Part shown: positions 11,720-25,287 of the stretch, piece after piece | Layout of the letters: the number at the start of each line of letters is the position of its first letter | Position numbering within the stretch: the first letter of the stretch is position 1 | NCBI GenBank assembly: GCA_964187785.1 | Contig: OZ076415.1 | Coordinates: 51,026,001 to 51,090,000 of the forward strand | Direction of reading: 5' to 3' | Length of the DNA: 64,000 bases | DNA from: Amphiscolops sp. MND2022 | Taxonomy: Eukaryota | The notes under the pieces: generated by a model | Seen by the model: the letters and a program-made list of their open reading frames with translations, nothing else | What the model was told of the DNA's origin: nothing | Database searches by the model: none | Translations under genes and position numbers: made by a program

Positions 11720-12055
11720 CTACTTTCTCTACTAACTACACTGGTTCGATATGCTTCATATTGGTACAAAATTCTTTTCTTCTGTACTAACCACGCAGGT
11801 TCCAAACTGTTCATATCAGTGCACATTTCCTTTCTTCTGTACTAATCACTTCGACGTGAATTGACAGCCTTGTCGGTACACCAACCTTCTGTAACAATCA
11901 CATAAAGTGATTAGGCATATTCGTCGGTACAAATTCGTCTCGTCTATACTAACCACTAAAATAAAGTTGTTCGACCTCGTAATCGGTACAAAATAAAAAT
12001 GAATCCTTCTGCACTAATCCTTTTGGTTCGACTTTTAGTCGGTACATGTGTTCGT
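11720..12055 (+). repeat. Degenerate ~55-60-bp tandem array in the 5' leader
   Basis: About 6-7 recurrences of TCGGTACA...TTCTGTACTAACCAC-like motifs (e.g. near 11761, 11816, 11869, 11923, 11980, 12038) with variable sequence between them. Confidence 0.6.
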
Positions 12056-14169
12056 ACAAACCAAAACGATTACTACTTCTGATGGTACAAAAACACGTTT
12101 CAAGTTCTTTTCTTAGCTACAATACTTTCAATGCTTTCCTAAACGATTCCGTTTGTATTGTTATGATTTCGTTATATATTTTTGGGCTAACTGCAATCGT
12201 TGCCCTCGTCATCGACAAAATCATTCTTGACTTCAACCCCCGCTAACCTAACTTTCCCAGTGTTTCCAACTGAAAACCTTGCTACCATAATCCTCTTTGT
12301 TTCATACATTTTTGCAATGCTTGTTTTTAAAGGCTTTCCATTGAAAAAAATGTTGCTTCTCTCTGTCACTAACTCTTTCTTTCTCTGTTTCTCCACATTC
12401 CTGTCCCTTCTCCTCTTTCCCAATCCAATCTTTTTTCCAGCTCCTTTCTCACACCCTTTCTTCCATTCATTCCTTATTAACGTAACCTCCATTAACCATC
12501 CAATATATCTTCCCTCCTCACCGGTATTTCAAGATTTTGATCCTCTTAACCTTTATCCCCTACAGAGCACTAACACAACTTTTCATTACTACCTCTACTA
12601 TCAATCACTCCCTAACATTCTCTCATACACATCTCATCTTTTATTCTCGAATTTTGCTCTTCAAAATCTACATTTTAACGAAGACAATCATTCACGAAGA
12701 CAATCTATCTTCCTCCTTTAATTCCACTCCCAATTTCCTTGGATGACACTTATCATCGTCTCTCACGGGGAGTTAAACAAAATCATTCCAAGTTTTTAGT
12801 CAAACTCATTAACAACTCCACAGCCCCACTTCTTTTTGAAACTTACTCCGACGATATTTACAACCTACCTCTAATTCGTGAAAATCATCATTCATATTTA
12901 TATTTCATTGATACTAACACTTCAACAGCAACATCAGAACGTCTTATTTCCATGCCTTTCACTTCTCCTCTCAATTCCAATCAAACACTCGGGAAAACGT
13001 TTACCATACTCTTATATACATACCCATTTCTCATGTTTTCATTACCTTTTTAATTTATCTCTCTGAACAAAGTAACCTCTAAGCCCTACATGCTTTCTTT
13101 CCATCTGCCATACAGATACTTTTACAAAAAGAATCTCTTTTTGATCTCTCCAATACGGACTAACTTCGCACTGTTAAAGCAAACCTCATTATTGGATTCA
13201 AAACGTCATTCTTCAAAATCTTTGTTTTCAAAATCTTTTTCCTTCAAAATCTTACCTCAATGTCAACAACTAGAAAACAAATTCGACATGACTCGTATTT
13301 TCTCCGAAAAATTATCAGACATAACTACCAACTTGTTACAGATACAAAATTCCAAAACGCATGTGTTAACGTAAACTCCCAATTTCCACACGGTGTTCTA
13401 CTCCCATTCTACATCTTCAATTTTACAATCTTCTGGATTTCCCACTTACCCTATTCAAATACTTTCAATTTGACAATCACAATCTTGATAAAAAGCTTGA
13501 ACTTGCTCTTCCTGTTAGACCTTATGCAAAACATAGCCTTCAACCTCAGTCTCTCTAAACTAACTCCCTACAAACATATACTTCAACGTCAAATGTTTTA
13601 GTAACAACTCATACCGTTGGTAATACTCCTCCAAATCTTGATCTTCTTCGTCACCGTTCTTGTCACATCATATCACCCAACCTCCTATTTCTCATTCACC
13701 ACAACAAATTAATACTTTTTCTGTCAAAGCCCTCCTCCTACTACCCCCCTATAACTACTCATCCTTGCATGTCTTATATGTCACAATTTCACCAACCTCT
13801 TCCCCCAGATCCACGTTCTTTTCATACTACAGTTACCTACCGGCCACGATCTCATCCTTCTTTACCATCTTTTTCTCCAAGTGTTTCGTCTTCTAATCAC
13901 TACCCTCAACCTTCACTTTCAACATCTCAAAATGCTTCTTCGAGTCCTCCCTTACCTAATCCTCCTAATGTATCTGATGATCTTAACGCATCACTCAACC
14001 CACATTTTCATAACTATCGCCAACTTTCTTATCCCCCTCCTTTACCTCCTAACTTTCTTCCAACATCTACTTATGTATACATGTTTTTCGCACCCTCCTC
14101 CACCTGTCTTTCAAACGACTCCTTCCGTTTGCTGCCATCTCAGACCCCAAAAAAAAACATTTTGATTGC

Positions 14170-15330
14170 TTGGATCATACGTATCCTCCTGAAAAGTTCT
14201 TAACTCAGCTCGGTGCTCGCGTAACCTTTCAATTCGGACCTCAACCTCTTTATATTCAATCATATTCAATCTGGCACTCCAGTGTATGTCTCTCCTTTGT
14301 TGTTCCTATACAGGAACTGCCTCCAATTGAGTTGATCGTCTCCCCATGTTCATAAAGAAAGTTGGTCATCTTCTCCGAAGTTTCAAAAAACATTTCTACT
14401 CTCAAAAACATGCATTTGAAACCTAACTGGAAACGCTTTAATTTGTTGAAAAATACAAAATTCTACGACATTAAGTATTAAAAGTTGCAACCTTTTTTAC
14501 ACAAGGCTTTTACAACGAATGCCCATCAACTTTAAATCGTAAATAAAATGAATGTTTTACCAGTGGTCTCCCCAAACAATCGAAAGACTTTGCCAACAAA
14601 CGCCAAGTTAAACGTGTTTCTAGTTTTCTTGAACCTTACATTCATTTTCATTCGCTTGTCAATATAGTTGACTCTGAAGATACTCCGCTTGAAAAGTTTA
14701 AAACTCAAGAACTTTAACTTAGAATTAACTCCCTTACCGATAAACTTCAGCAAATGCTTCTATTGAAAAATCTCTCATGAATCTTCAGAATAACATGCCG
14801 TAGATCCTAATAACAAGTCTAAACCTCAATTTAGAAAATACTGTTCTTTCGGCAGTAAAAAAACCATTCCGGTTCTACTTTTTATCACAGAATCAGTATG
14901 CTTAAAGAATCAAAACCTCAATCAAATTCACCTACCCGCTCCTTTTTATCAATGTTTCAAACATTTCAATAAATTAATAATCAAACTGCTCGTTTTTGTA
15001 GTCGAAGTAATAACAACTCCCATCCAACGTCTTCTCGACAAGCTCGATGCACATCTCGTTCACACTCTCCATTTCACGTTCAAAGTTTCCGATAGAAGTT
15101 TTCCTCATTTTTAACCCTATGATCGTAATCGATCCCGCTTCCATCAATAATATACAAAATCTCTCCAAAAAAGATTTAAACTTCACGCACAATCTGCGAT
15201 TGTAAATCTTCTCGTAGCGCTTGTATATAGTACCCCCGATATCGCAAACGCTCCTCCATCTATGATATCTCATCGATTAGACGATATAAGTCACCATACC
15301 GTTCACCCTCTAAATCACGTACAAATCGCT
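14170..15330 (+). pseudogene. gag: gag-like region (decayed)
   Basis: MDHTYPPEKFLTQLGARVTFQFGPQP at 14170 and an Arg/Ser-rich tail at 15.1-15.3 kb, directly upstream of the protease motif. Confidence 0.5.
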
Positions 15331-15559
15331 ATCGAAGTCGTCACATTCAAATTTTAATATACACAGCACTTGTACCTACAAACCCACAAATAACCTAACG
15401 CAACAGCCCACTTTATAACTCATAATCAACACACCACAGAATCTAAATTTGAAATTATTATGTATCATTCAACCGCTTTGCCTCCTTTGACATCTTTCAC
15501 TCCAACAAACAACGATGCTAACCTCATAATTCCTCCTACTTTGTTTGATAATATACATC

Positions 15560-15910
15560 TTCAAACCTTCCGAAGCCTCCTCTTTACCTCCTAAACCAGA
15601 ACTCTTATTTTTGTTAGACAGCGGTGCTTCCATTTCTGTCTTAACTTTGCCCTTTTTCACTATATTAGCTGACCACTGTCTCAGATGTTCAAAGTCTCCT
15701 CCTTTCAATAATAAACCTAAATAAAATTAAAACTCTAACTAATGCAAACAAAGCTGGAGTCGCCATATTTTTCAATATACTTCTTAAAATACACACTTCT
15801 ATCTATGGAAGTACTCGCACTCTCAATAATCCAATTGCAGTAGCAAACTTAAAATACAACATTCTTGGAACACTTCCACTCGTAAAATGTGTTAGAACAC
15901 TAAATATTGA
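15560..15910 (+). pseudogene. pol: Retroviral-type aspartic protease (decayed)
   Basis: LFLLDSGASISVLTL at about 15605-15650 (DSG active site) and VANLKYNILGT (ILG motif) at about 15840-15872. Confidence 0.78.
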
Positions 15911-16479
15911 GCAAATGTCACCTGCATTTACCACACCACATGAATCTCAAAGGGTAATGCTCTCATCATAATTTTTTACTGTTCATTCATATTTCATTTC
16001 AAACGCAAACCAAAAACCGCTTTAAAATACGTTATTATTTGGGTAAACATGAATATGTTTTACCCATACAAAAAATGATTCACAACCAATTCTTGTAGAT
16101 TACGGTGATGGTTAAGTTACACTTCGCATCCAGAAGAAAGTCAAAACTGTTACTTACACTTGATTCTTTTTCATTTCAATCCGCATCCACCTTTCTAGAT
16201 ACATTCAAAAAACCCATTAAAATCAAAGTCGAGACATTACTCCTACAAAATCCACGTTTAAATGAAACTGATTTATTTGGCGATAATTACCGTGTTACTA
16301 AAAAGATTCCCAAACAAATGTTTCAAAAAACTAAACTTTCACTCACTATCAATAACATTCTTCTTGAAATTCAACACCAACACTTTTATGACTCTCATGA
16401 TTTGTACACACTCATTTATACAACTCCCTGACAAATCTCCTTACACCACTCCAAACCCCTCTTAAACCTACATCTACTC

Positions 16480-18064
16480 AATCATTGCCGTTTATGACCC
16501 ATCTTTTTTGCTCATTGTGAAATTGGAAATTTTCTTCCCTCGTAGTAAAAATTTTTTATCGAGACCGATTCTCATACAGGCTCAAAAGGATGATCTTGTT
16601 CTTACCATTGTTTTTACATAGTTGAAGCAAAAGTAACTTTTTTTACCTTTTTTTACCTTATTTCCAAATATTGAAGCTAGCTCCTTTCTATATACTTACT
16701 ATAAACAATTTCAACAATTATGTATATACCCAAATTCTTGCTTAATTGACTATTACACACCTAATTCTCGTATATTTTAAGCTTCAATTCACCGAACTCG
16801 CGTTTGTTTATCATTCAATCTTTTTTACGCCGTCTTTGACAAAACCCATGGTCATCACGTGAAAAACTTTCTTTGAAAACTACTTTCAACCAATTTCATT
16901 ATAATCTACACCCATCATCATGGTTTTTTGTCTTCATTGATGATTTAATGAGTGCCAAACAAACAAACTCTTGCTTAACAAACATTATAAAACTTCTTTT
17001 CAACTACCATTTTTGGAAGCGCCATTTGTTTCAATTTTAGAATTTCAATGGACCCAAAAGACCTACTTCGCCTTTGATGCAAAACAACTCTCACATTTTT
17101 GTAATCATTGATGCTTTCAGTCATTTTGTGATTACCAACCATACACATCAAACTTCTAAATATTCTATTCAACACTCCTCAACCGAATAATTACTAAACT
17201 TGCCCCCCCTCATTGTCTAGTCACTGATAGAAGTAATGAAAACATTATTCAAGATATGGACCCACCTTTCCTCTCTTTTCAGTATTAACCACAATCCACG
17301 TACTACGTAATCTCCTTGACCAAACAGTTTCGTTGAAGTCCAACATCGTAGACCTGGATCTCATTTACGCTTTCTTTTATACAAAATCCTCCTCGAAATT
17401 GATCATTCCAAACCCAAGTGTACGTTTATGCTCATAATACAACTCCTCTTTCTCAACTTGAAGTTTCTCCATACCAACTTGTTTTTCATACACACCCTCG
17501 TCATCCCTTAACCTTTTCTCTTAGTTTACTACGCCACTCTTGTATTATTGTGATCCATGTTCACACTCATTATAGTGATCACGATCCTAATCGTTTCTTT
17601 TTTTTCTCATTAATAAGTCCTATTCCTCATGATTTTTATCGGCAGAACCTGCAATGCTAGAAATATACTTCACTGCTCACAGACATTTTATTAAGAGATT
17701 ACACTTGCAAAACTCTACGTTTGAAACCACTCATTCAAAACAGCTGCTGGTCAAAACATTTGTTATGCACACCTATTTTGAACCTGTCAAATTGTCAAAT
17801 AAGCTCAAACATCTTTGCCCATATAAAAAATTTCAACATCTCTCAGAAGTTATATATGAATTTATGACCCAAGATGACTCTACAGTTCAGACCCATCGTT
17901 CTCACATTTTACATCATTATCCTAAAGAACTTGTTATTTTCCCATACATCAGTCAATATCATTATACTTCATCACTCTTAAGAAATCCTGGTACTGATTC
18001 TTATCAAGATGACTTATCTCAATCATTTCACTCAGATCAAGAGCTTACCACTGGAACCTTTTAA
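16480..18064 (+). pseudogene. pol: Integrase (decayed)
   Basis: ISMD (17043), FVIIDAFSHFV (17098), LVTDRSNE (17218), SP*PNSFVEVQ (17311) and YAHNTTPLSQLEVSPYQLVFHTHPR (17427): DDE core of the Gypsy type. Confidence 0.8.
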
Positions 18065-20039
18065 ATCAAACTCTTCTACTAAAACAGTTGCACAATATCG
18101 AAATGTTTTAACTTCACCTCAAAGTTATCAAATCCCCCCGGTTTCTCATCTTGCTGAAAACCCCACAAATAATATACCTTTCCTTGAACTCCTTCCCTCC
18201 TTGAATTCTATCCACGCGTTCGTTGCAGACTCTACGTATCTTACTTTTGAATCCACACATGAAAATCAGACACAACCTAATCCCATTAGAGCTCCTCGTT
18301 CACCTAATAATTAACCCGGAACCTACATTAGGTCTCAAACTAATAAAGGTTTTCCTCCCTAATATAAATTTCACAATGTATCTGCATTTTATTTCTGGAC
18401 TTAAATTGACTTGCCTCTTGTCTAGAAACATTATTCTTTACGCGTCTACCATAGGTCATTTCAAAAAATTAGCCATTCATACGACAACGTCACAATCAAT
18501 TCGTATTAGCCTTTTGACGATTCAGTTGGCTAAAAAATTGCTAATACATCAATTGTCAATTTCAAACACCTTTATTTCATCCGGTAACTCATTAGGACAA
18601 ATAAACTTTACACACAAGCAATAAAAATTTCAATTTTCATTAAAATCTTAACTAAGATTACTTCAACTCCGTCTGTTTTCATCCTGGATTCTCTTGTTGT
18701 TATATCCCTTGTTATAGCAACCAATGCATCAAATTTCTCTTCTGTTTCCACGGACACGATAAACTTCTCTCATACCTACTCTTTACACCGTCTCCTTCTA
18801 GATTCTATACCTATCACAACCTCCTGAGACACTGCTCTTACTAATACTATTCAACATACGCCTAAAATCTCCCATTAAGCTAACCTCGCAACAATTTCCA
18901 ACTCTTCCTTTTCCTGATACTGATTTTACGTTCACTTCATTTGTTATTACACCAACTCATTCTCTACCTCTTCATCATGTTCCGGACCCAAGTGATATTA
19001 GTCCAATACTCTTAAGAATTTTTAATGAACCTTTGCCCTGTAAATCCATCCTAATACCTACATCTAATAAAAGTCACCGTAAACAGTCTCAACTTGAATA
19101 TACTCTTTGTGACGTCGGTTCTACTACCTTTTCTCTCCTCTATCCTTTTCCCTCCTCTAATTTCGCGTCTCAGCATACAATTTCATCTTGATAACAATCT
19201 CGAATTCCCCTCTGAAACAATTATCAGCAGACCTCTACGTCATAGATACAACCTTCATTCTAGCTACAACCCTACACGTTTAGCAAGTAATAACTCCTCC
19301 TTAGAACGACATCACGCTCAACCTCGTTCACCAACGTTTTCATCTGATGTTCTTATGTTCTTTCTTCACGAGAAATAATCCAATCTTCTGGTGTAGACAC
19401 TGCGTTTTCACAGCACTCCTTACACTCTTCTTTTTATACTACCGGACCTTTTTTCTCTCCAGCATTGTTACAAACTCCTAGCCTTCTCTAATTCGAAAGT
19501 CCCCTTCAAAATTTTAATCTTGACACCGATCAATACCCAACTCCCCCTACACCTAATTGTCCTAATTACCCCTTTGTTATTACCGAAACTCTTGTTTCTC
19601 ATCTTCGTCAGGATTCTCGATTTTTTATCTCGCTACTAACAAGTTAAAGTCCAATCTTCATATATCAGAAGAACGCAATCGCAAAGAATTCCAGCAATTA
19701 GACGCTGCCAATCTTGAACTTAAATTAGGAATCACTGCTATCTTCCATATAATAAGTTTCCATCCGATTCTCACACAATCGTAAAGTTCAAATCTCTACC
19801 ATTTCTTCCTATTGTTAGAAATTGGGATCTGTTTGTAAATGATCATCCTCTTTTTCGTCTCCTCCATGGTTTTAAATCTATTTCGCAATACTCTCACAGT
19901 TTTGAAATACGCCGCCCGATTTTGATTCTTTTTTCTATGATCTCTGAACCTTTCTATATTTCCTTTTCCTCTTCTTCGCTCTCACATACTTTGTTCCACC
20001 TAACTTTTCTACCGTTTCTCAAACAGATAGAATTGAACG

Positions 20040-22010
20040 CAATGATACTCATTTCTGTGACTTTTTGGTTTCTCATCGTGATTGTTGAAAACAACATAAC
20101 CTCCACCAATTTAGTTTAACTCGAGTTCAACCATGTGCTTCGGCTCCTTCTTTCTTGGAAAGCACATCTGCTATTGCTAATGTCTTCGACCGCGCCAAAT
20201 ATAAACGTCTCAAAGAATGGACCTGTGAAGTGTATGTTAATCGAGAAAAGTTTGTTTGTACTCAATCCGAATAAACATATCGTAACCCTGACCGTACTGA
20301 TTATCATCAAAATACAATGTAATGTCCTCGTCCTTTACATCCTACAAAATGCAAACATGCAATTTGTCACCATAACGGAACTGGCCACCCTCAACTTGAT
20401 GCTTTTGTAGTTAGTAGCTCTTTTACCTTCCTCGATGATCTTCAAAAACAATGCCTCGAAACTAAATAGCCTCCTTATTGTATAACAAACACAAAACCTA
20501 CCATGACGGTGCATTTAGTAGGATTAAAAACTCTGAACTAGACTTAAACGCCACTCTTATAGAAAAAGCTGTCTGTTGAGACCGTTATGAAAACGTAATT
20601 GAGAAAGTCAGTTGGACTTTAGTTGTTAAAGAATTCGAAATCACGTATGATGATAAAGATAGAAAATTATTCTTGCCCCAATGATAATGGTTTTTGTAAA
20701 CCAGCTATTTTAACACCTTTCACCATACTTTGGGTCCTTGAAGATCTATGAGTCCACTCTTTCATAGAACAAAGGTCCAAACTTAATTTATTGGCTCAAA
20801 CCCTAACTTTTTTCACAGTAACTCTTATTTTCCTCCTAAAACACCTTATTATGATACCAAATCTGAAACTCGACTTTTTGAAATATTCCCCGAAATTAAA
20901 ATGTTTTATAATAAACCCACACCTTTATATACTACTCAATATCCTGATCTCTTTATCACAAATAAAGAAGGTTTGAATAGGCACACTGGTCAACGTAATC
21001 TTCTTCAAATACTCGAAGATGAGCAATATGATCGACTCTCTAATCAACGCACTTCTGGTAAACTAGTTCAAAATGAAAACAAACTCCTTCATCCTGTTTT
21101 AACCTCATCAATAATTTTGGAACTATTGCCTATAAAGCTCATTATAATACAAAACATGACCATTCTCTTATTCATATTTTTAAAACTATGTCAATTGCTG
21201 AACTCATCACCCTTGACACTATTTTTGATGTGGAACGATCTCAACTTTCAACTATCCTCGGAAAGTCTGTTAAAAATTCACAATTACATGGTTTTCTCTT
21301 GAATCGAAATCATAGTAATTTTCTATATGTTAAAGGCTCAACCGCCTAGGTCTATGATTGTCCTCATCACCGTTCTCCGCTATATATCGATGAACAACGT
21401 CCTGATAAAGTTTCTGTTAACTACCTCGACCATGTCACTCGTCAAACTTCTCGAAGTGGCTAACCCAGATCCTTGTGAAAATAATCCACAAAATGTAAAT
21501 TTCCTTCATCCTGATAGTGACCTATATTCTGTTACAACTGGGGATCCTACTATAAAAGGACCCTCCTCATTTTTTGATCCTACTCAAATGCAAACTGCTA
21601 TTCGCCCAAACACATTTACTGCTCAAGATGAATGCATGCATTCTGAACAATAGTTTATACAAGTTTGGAATTGAGTTCTTTTTTCCTAAGCACTCCGATA
21701 ATACACTTCAACTTCTTGGTGAAGCCATTAGTAATGAATTTATGCGAAAACAATCGTTTCAACTTCTCCACGATAATCCATAAAGTACTCTGCGAATTGG
21801 TCTTCATGACTATATGATGAACCTTAATCTTTTTTTAATCCTGAATGGTTCACAGATGCTTTTATTAAACTCTTTGCAATATGGAATGTATTTTTCCACT
21901 TCAATTTGCTCTCAATGCCCTTCACAAAGTGTACCGCTTCTTCACTGTTAAAAGAACTCTCAGAAAACAAATCACTTTCAATTCGGCTTTAGGGTATGGT
22001 TTCTTCGAAA
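20040..22010 (+). pseudogene. env: Envelope-like glycoprotein resembling chuvirus/gB class III fusion proteins (decayed)
   Basis: Signal-like MILISVTFWFLIV, then DC..QFSLTRVQPC, CEVYVNREKFVC, CPNDNGFCKPAILTPFTILW, DVERSQLSTIL, FLYVKGSTA*VYDCP and VTRQT...PCENNPQ. Confidence 0.62.
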
Positions 22011-22020
22011 CTGTAAAACA

Positions 22021-25000
22021 ATGATGACTGCTATGATACATCATTCTTCAAGTTCCAATTCGGATAATGCAGAAAATGAATCTGATTCACTTCCACGTCC
22101 TCACCCCAAATCTACCATGACTACCACTTCAAACAAAATTACCACAATACCAATTTTAAACCCAGTTTCAAACAAAATCATTGAACCTCCAAAATACAAA
22201 TTCCATGAAAAGATCTTTACCTATAACATCTTCTCCTGTTTCTTACTTTCTCCGCAACCCCACCCGTAACCACTCCTTTGTTAGCTGAAGATAATTCACT
22301 TCCTCGTTCTAATTATTATTTACACACTTATCCGATAGGTCTCTCTTCTCTTCACTCCCAATCGCCTCCATTAACATCTCCTCCGTATTTGCATAATTCC
22401 ACCTCCCCAGAAGTTACCATTTTTGACACTTTCTCTAATAACTCGCCAGAGCACAATGTACGGCAATCAACCAATCATTACCATCCTACTCCACCATCAA
22501 TGAAGTTTAATGACATCTCATTATCGTCTGTCAATAGTATTTTTATCCAACCACTGGAAGCCCTGTTGAAACTTTTTCATCTTGTCGCTTCCCACCTGAA
22601 ATACTTTAACCCTTTTCTTTATGAATAACTTTATTAAATTATCTCTCTTGTTGCCTCCGTTGAAGCTGCTTTCTCTTCCTCAAAGTTTAATTTCAAAAAA
22701 CGAAATATCATCTATAATCATCTACTCTTCCGTCAACTGTAACTTTTCCACAACCATATACTCTCACACCAAACTGTTTAATATCGAAACATCCTTTTTA
22801 CCTTCTTTAATCACAAGTAATTTATCATTCATTTGTTTGATCAAAATACAAAAAATGACTTCACCTCAGTATGAAGCAGGACTTTTGTCAAGCTTCGCCT
22901 AATTTTCACCCCATCTTTTGCTCAAATCATTGAACTTTCTAATCTTGTTTCTGAAACTACCAGCAGTACTGATTTTATTCTAACTACTGATCGTACACTT
23001 CCTACAATTCAACCTTGCTCTTCTACTCAATATCCTACTTTCTCCACTGTCTATACTCAACCTTTTTCGTCAACTCCCAAGACCCGCCATTCTCCCACTC
23101 TTCAACCTACTAACCTATAAGTCGCCATCGATAATTACACCACTCCCCAAAAGGAAAAAGATTAATGTTTTAGAAAATCCCGTTTTTAATGAATCGGGTA
23201 TACTTCCTGCTCTATTTTGCATCCGTGTAAAGATATTCATCAAACTAACACTCCCACTGTTGAATTTCTCCGTACTCAATCAAACTTCAACTCAATCTTT
23301 CACAAGACTCCTACAACATACAAATTCCGTTTTTCACAAGATCGTAACTTTGATCACTATGATGCATATGTGTCCAAAATTTTAGAACAACTCTCTTTCC
23401 GGCAAACTAAACGCATATGTTTCTTTCAATTTCAATTCAATTTCCTAAAAACTAATCAACATGAACTTAACACCGACCCTAATGATATCACAATCTCTCC
23501 TTCTGTAACAAAACTCCACCATAAAACACATCTTTTTCTTGAACAAAAAAACATCCTCAAAAATTTTTCTTTCAAAACCACTTAAATCACCTGTATACTA
23601 TCGGTATAATTTGAAACTACAATCCATTTGAACAATACTACATCCGTGCTCCGTACTATGATCCTACTCGTCCCCTTTTTGTTCCCCAAGAAGCTCTTAA
23701 TCTTAACGATGACTACATGTTTAAGTAGCTCCTAACACTGATCCTTTTATTATTCACAATCATGTTTTTGATACCTATAGAACTCAAAATCTCCTCCAAC
23801 TTCATACGAAAGAAGTCCATGCTCTCATTATGTCTACACTACACGTCAAAGACTTCCTGAAAAACTGGTCCTTCTCAAAACTCCATCTATTTTTGTCTCA
23901 TCCTTTTGAACTCATCGTTTTCACTCCTTCCATTATTTCTCTTCTCATTTCCTCCACTCATTGCTTCAAACACTTGCTCATTACTGAATTTCAAACTTTC
24001 AAAAAAGGTGAACACGTGTTTCTCTTGGAATTCTCTAATTCTCAATTTCAGTTTTTCTCCATTCTTTTTTAATCTTACTTTTCTCTAATTCTTTGCCTTC
24101 TCAAATCGTAATTGTAATCACTTTTATTCTACCTTTCAATCACTAGTGTTTCATTATATTTGATATCTATCAAAAGTTTATGTCACCTGTACTTTTTTGA
24201 CATTTCCCGTGCAAAACTTTCTTCCTCATTTTGTCTCCTAATATTTTCACCTTCTCTTACCACAGAAAGAACTCGTTAGGTTTAGAATGTCTAATACAAC
24301 TAATGTTGTCTTCAAAATGCAATTTTTTTCCTTCTGACAAAAACACGTCTTCAATAATTTCCTAACTTGAAAGTGTTTTGTTTCGACTTTATTTTCAATG
24401 AGTCAACTTCCTCAGTTCTGGAAAATCTAAAAAACCTAACGAAATCCAAACTCTCATATTTCGTCTACAAGAGTGTTTTTGGTCATAACTTGAAAACTCT
24501 GATATTTTATAAAAGAAATATCAACCTAACTCAACATAACTCAACCTCTTCCACATCACTCCAACATTTTGGATCTTCGAATATTCCATTCTTTTTGATG
24601 CTTCTTTGAAAAGCCTCAAATCTTTCAAGACACCACTTTATTCGCGCCTTCTTTCAAACAAAAGACTACATCACAATTTAAACTAACACTTGACAAAACA
24701 TTCACAAAACTAAATATTTACAATAACTGTGTTTTAGTATTCACTATTGAACTCCATTCATCATTTCAACTTGCCTTTTCTTGCCTCTTTTGTCATCGTT
24801 CAATCCTCTACCCAAGACGGCATACCCTCTTCTCAATCAACTGTTGGATTCCATCACTTCCACTTCCATATTCACTTCCACATTACCACCGATCTCGTGA
24901 GTGTTCTGATAATTCTTCCTCCTCTTTTTGTCTATCTTTTGCCACTGGTCCATTCTCTGCACTTTCGTCTGACCCTTCTCCTGTTCCACTTTTCCTCAAG

Positions 25001-25287
25001 GATGCTGTAGCTACGAATCCACTCTTCAACAACCAGCTGTCCGCCAGTTGATCCAACAGCTCCAACTTCGCAAGCCCCGCCTTCCAAAACGTCCACAGTC
25101 GCATCCAGGTGAAGCAGGTTCCCTCGCAAAACGGCTTGTTCTTTCTGTGGTAAATAAACAGAAACTCGCCAGCTATAATGAAGCTCTTAAAACAAACAAA
25201 AAAGCAATAAAAATTGCTAGTAACCAAACTGAAGTTGCTTATCATGTTACGAAACCCTCAAAAGTATCTGAATTTAAACCTGTCTAG
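22021..25287 (+). pseudogene. Decayed accessory ORF region 3' of env
   Basis: Several sense-strand ORF pieces (22021-22269, 23217-23585, 24367-24609, 25048-25287) with the same codon skew. 23150-23650 recurs inverted at 32.8-33.5 kb. Confidence 0.4.

Noticed and set aside
11720-12055. CRISPR array
   Set aside because: Repeats are too degenerate and irregular, there are no cas genes, and the context is a eukaryotic retroelement.
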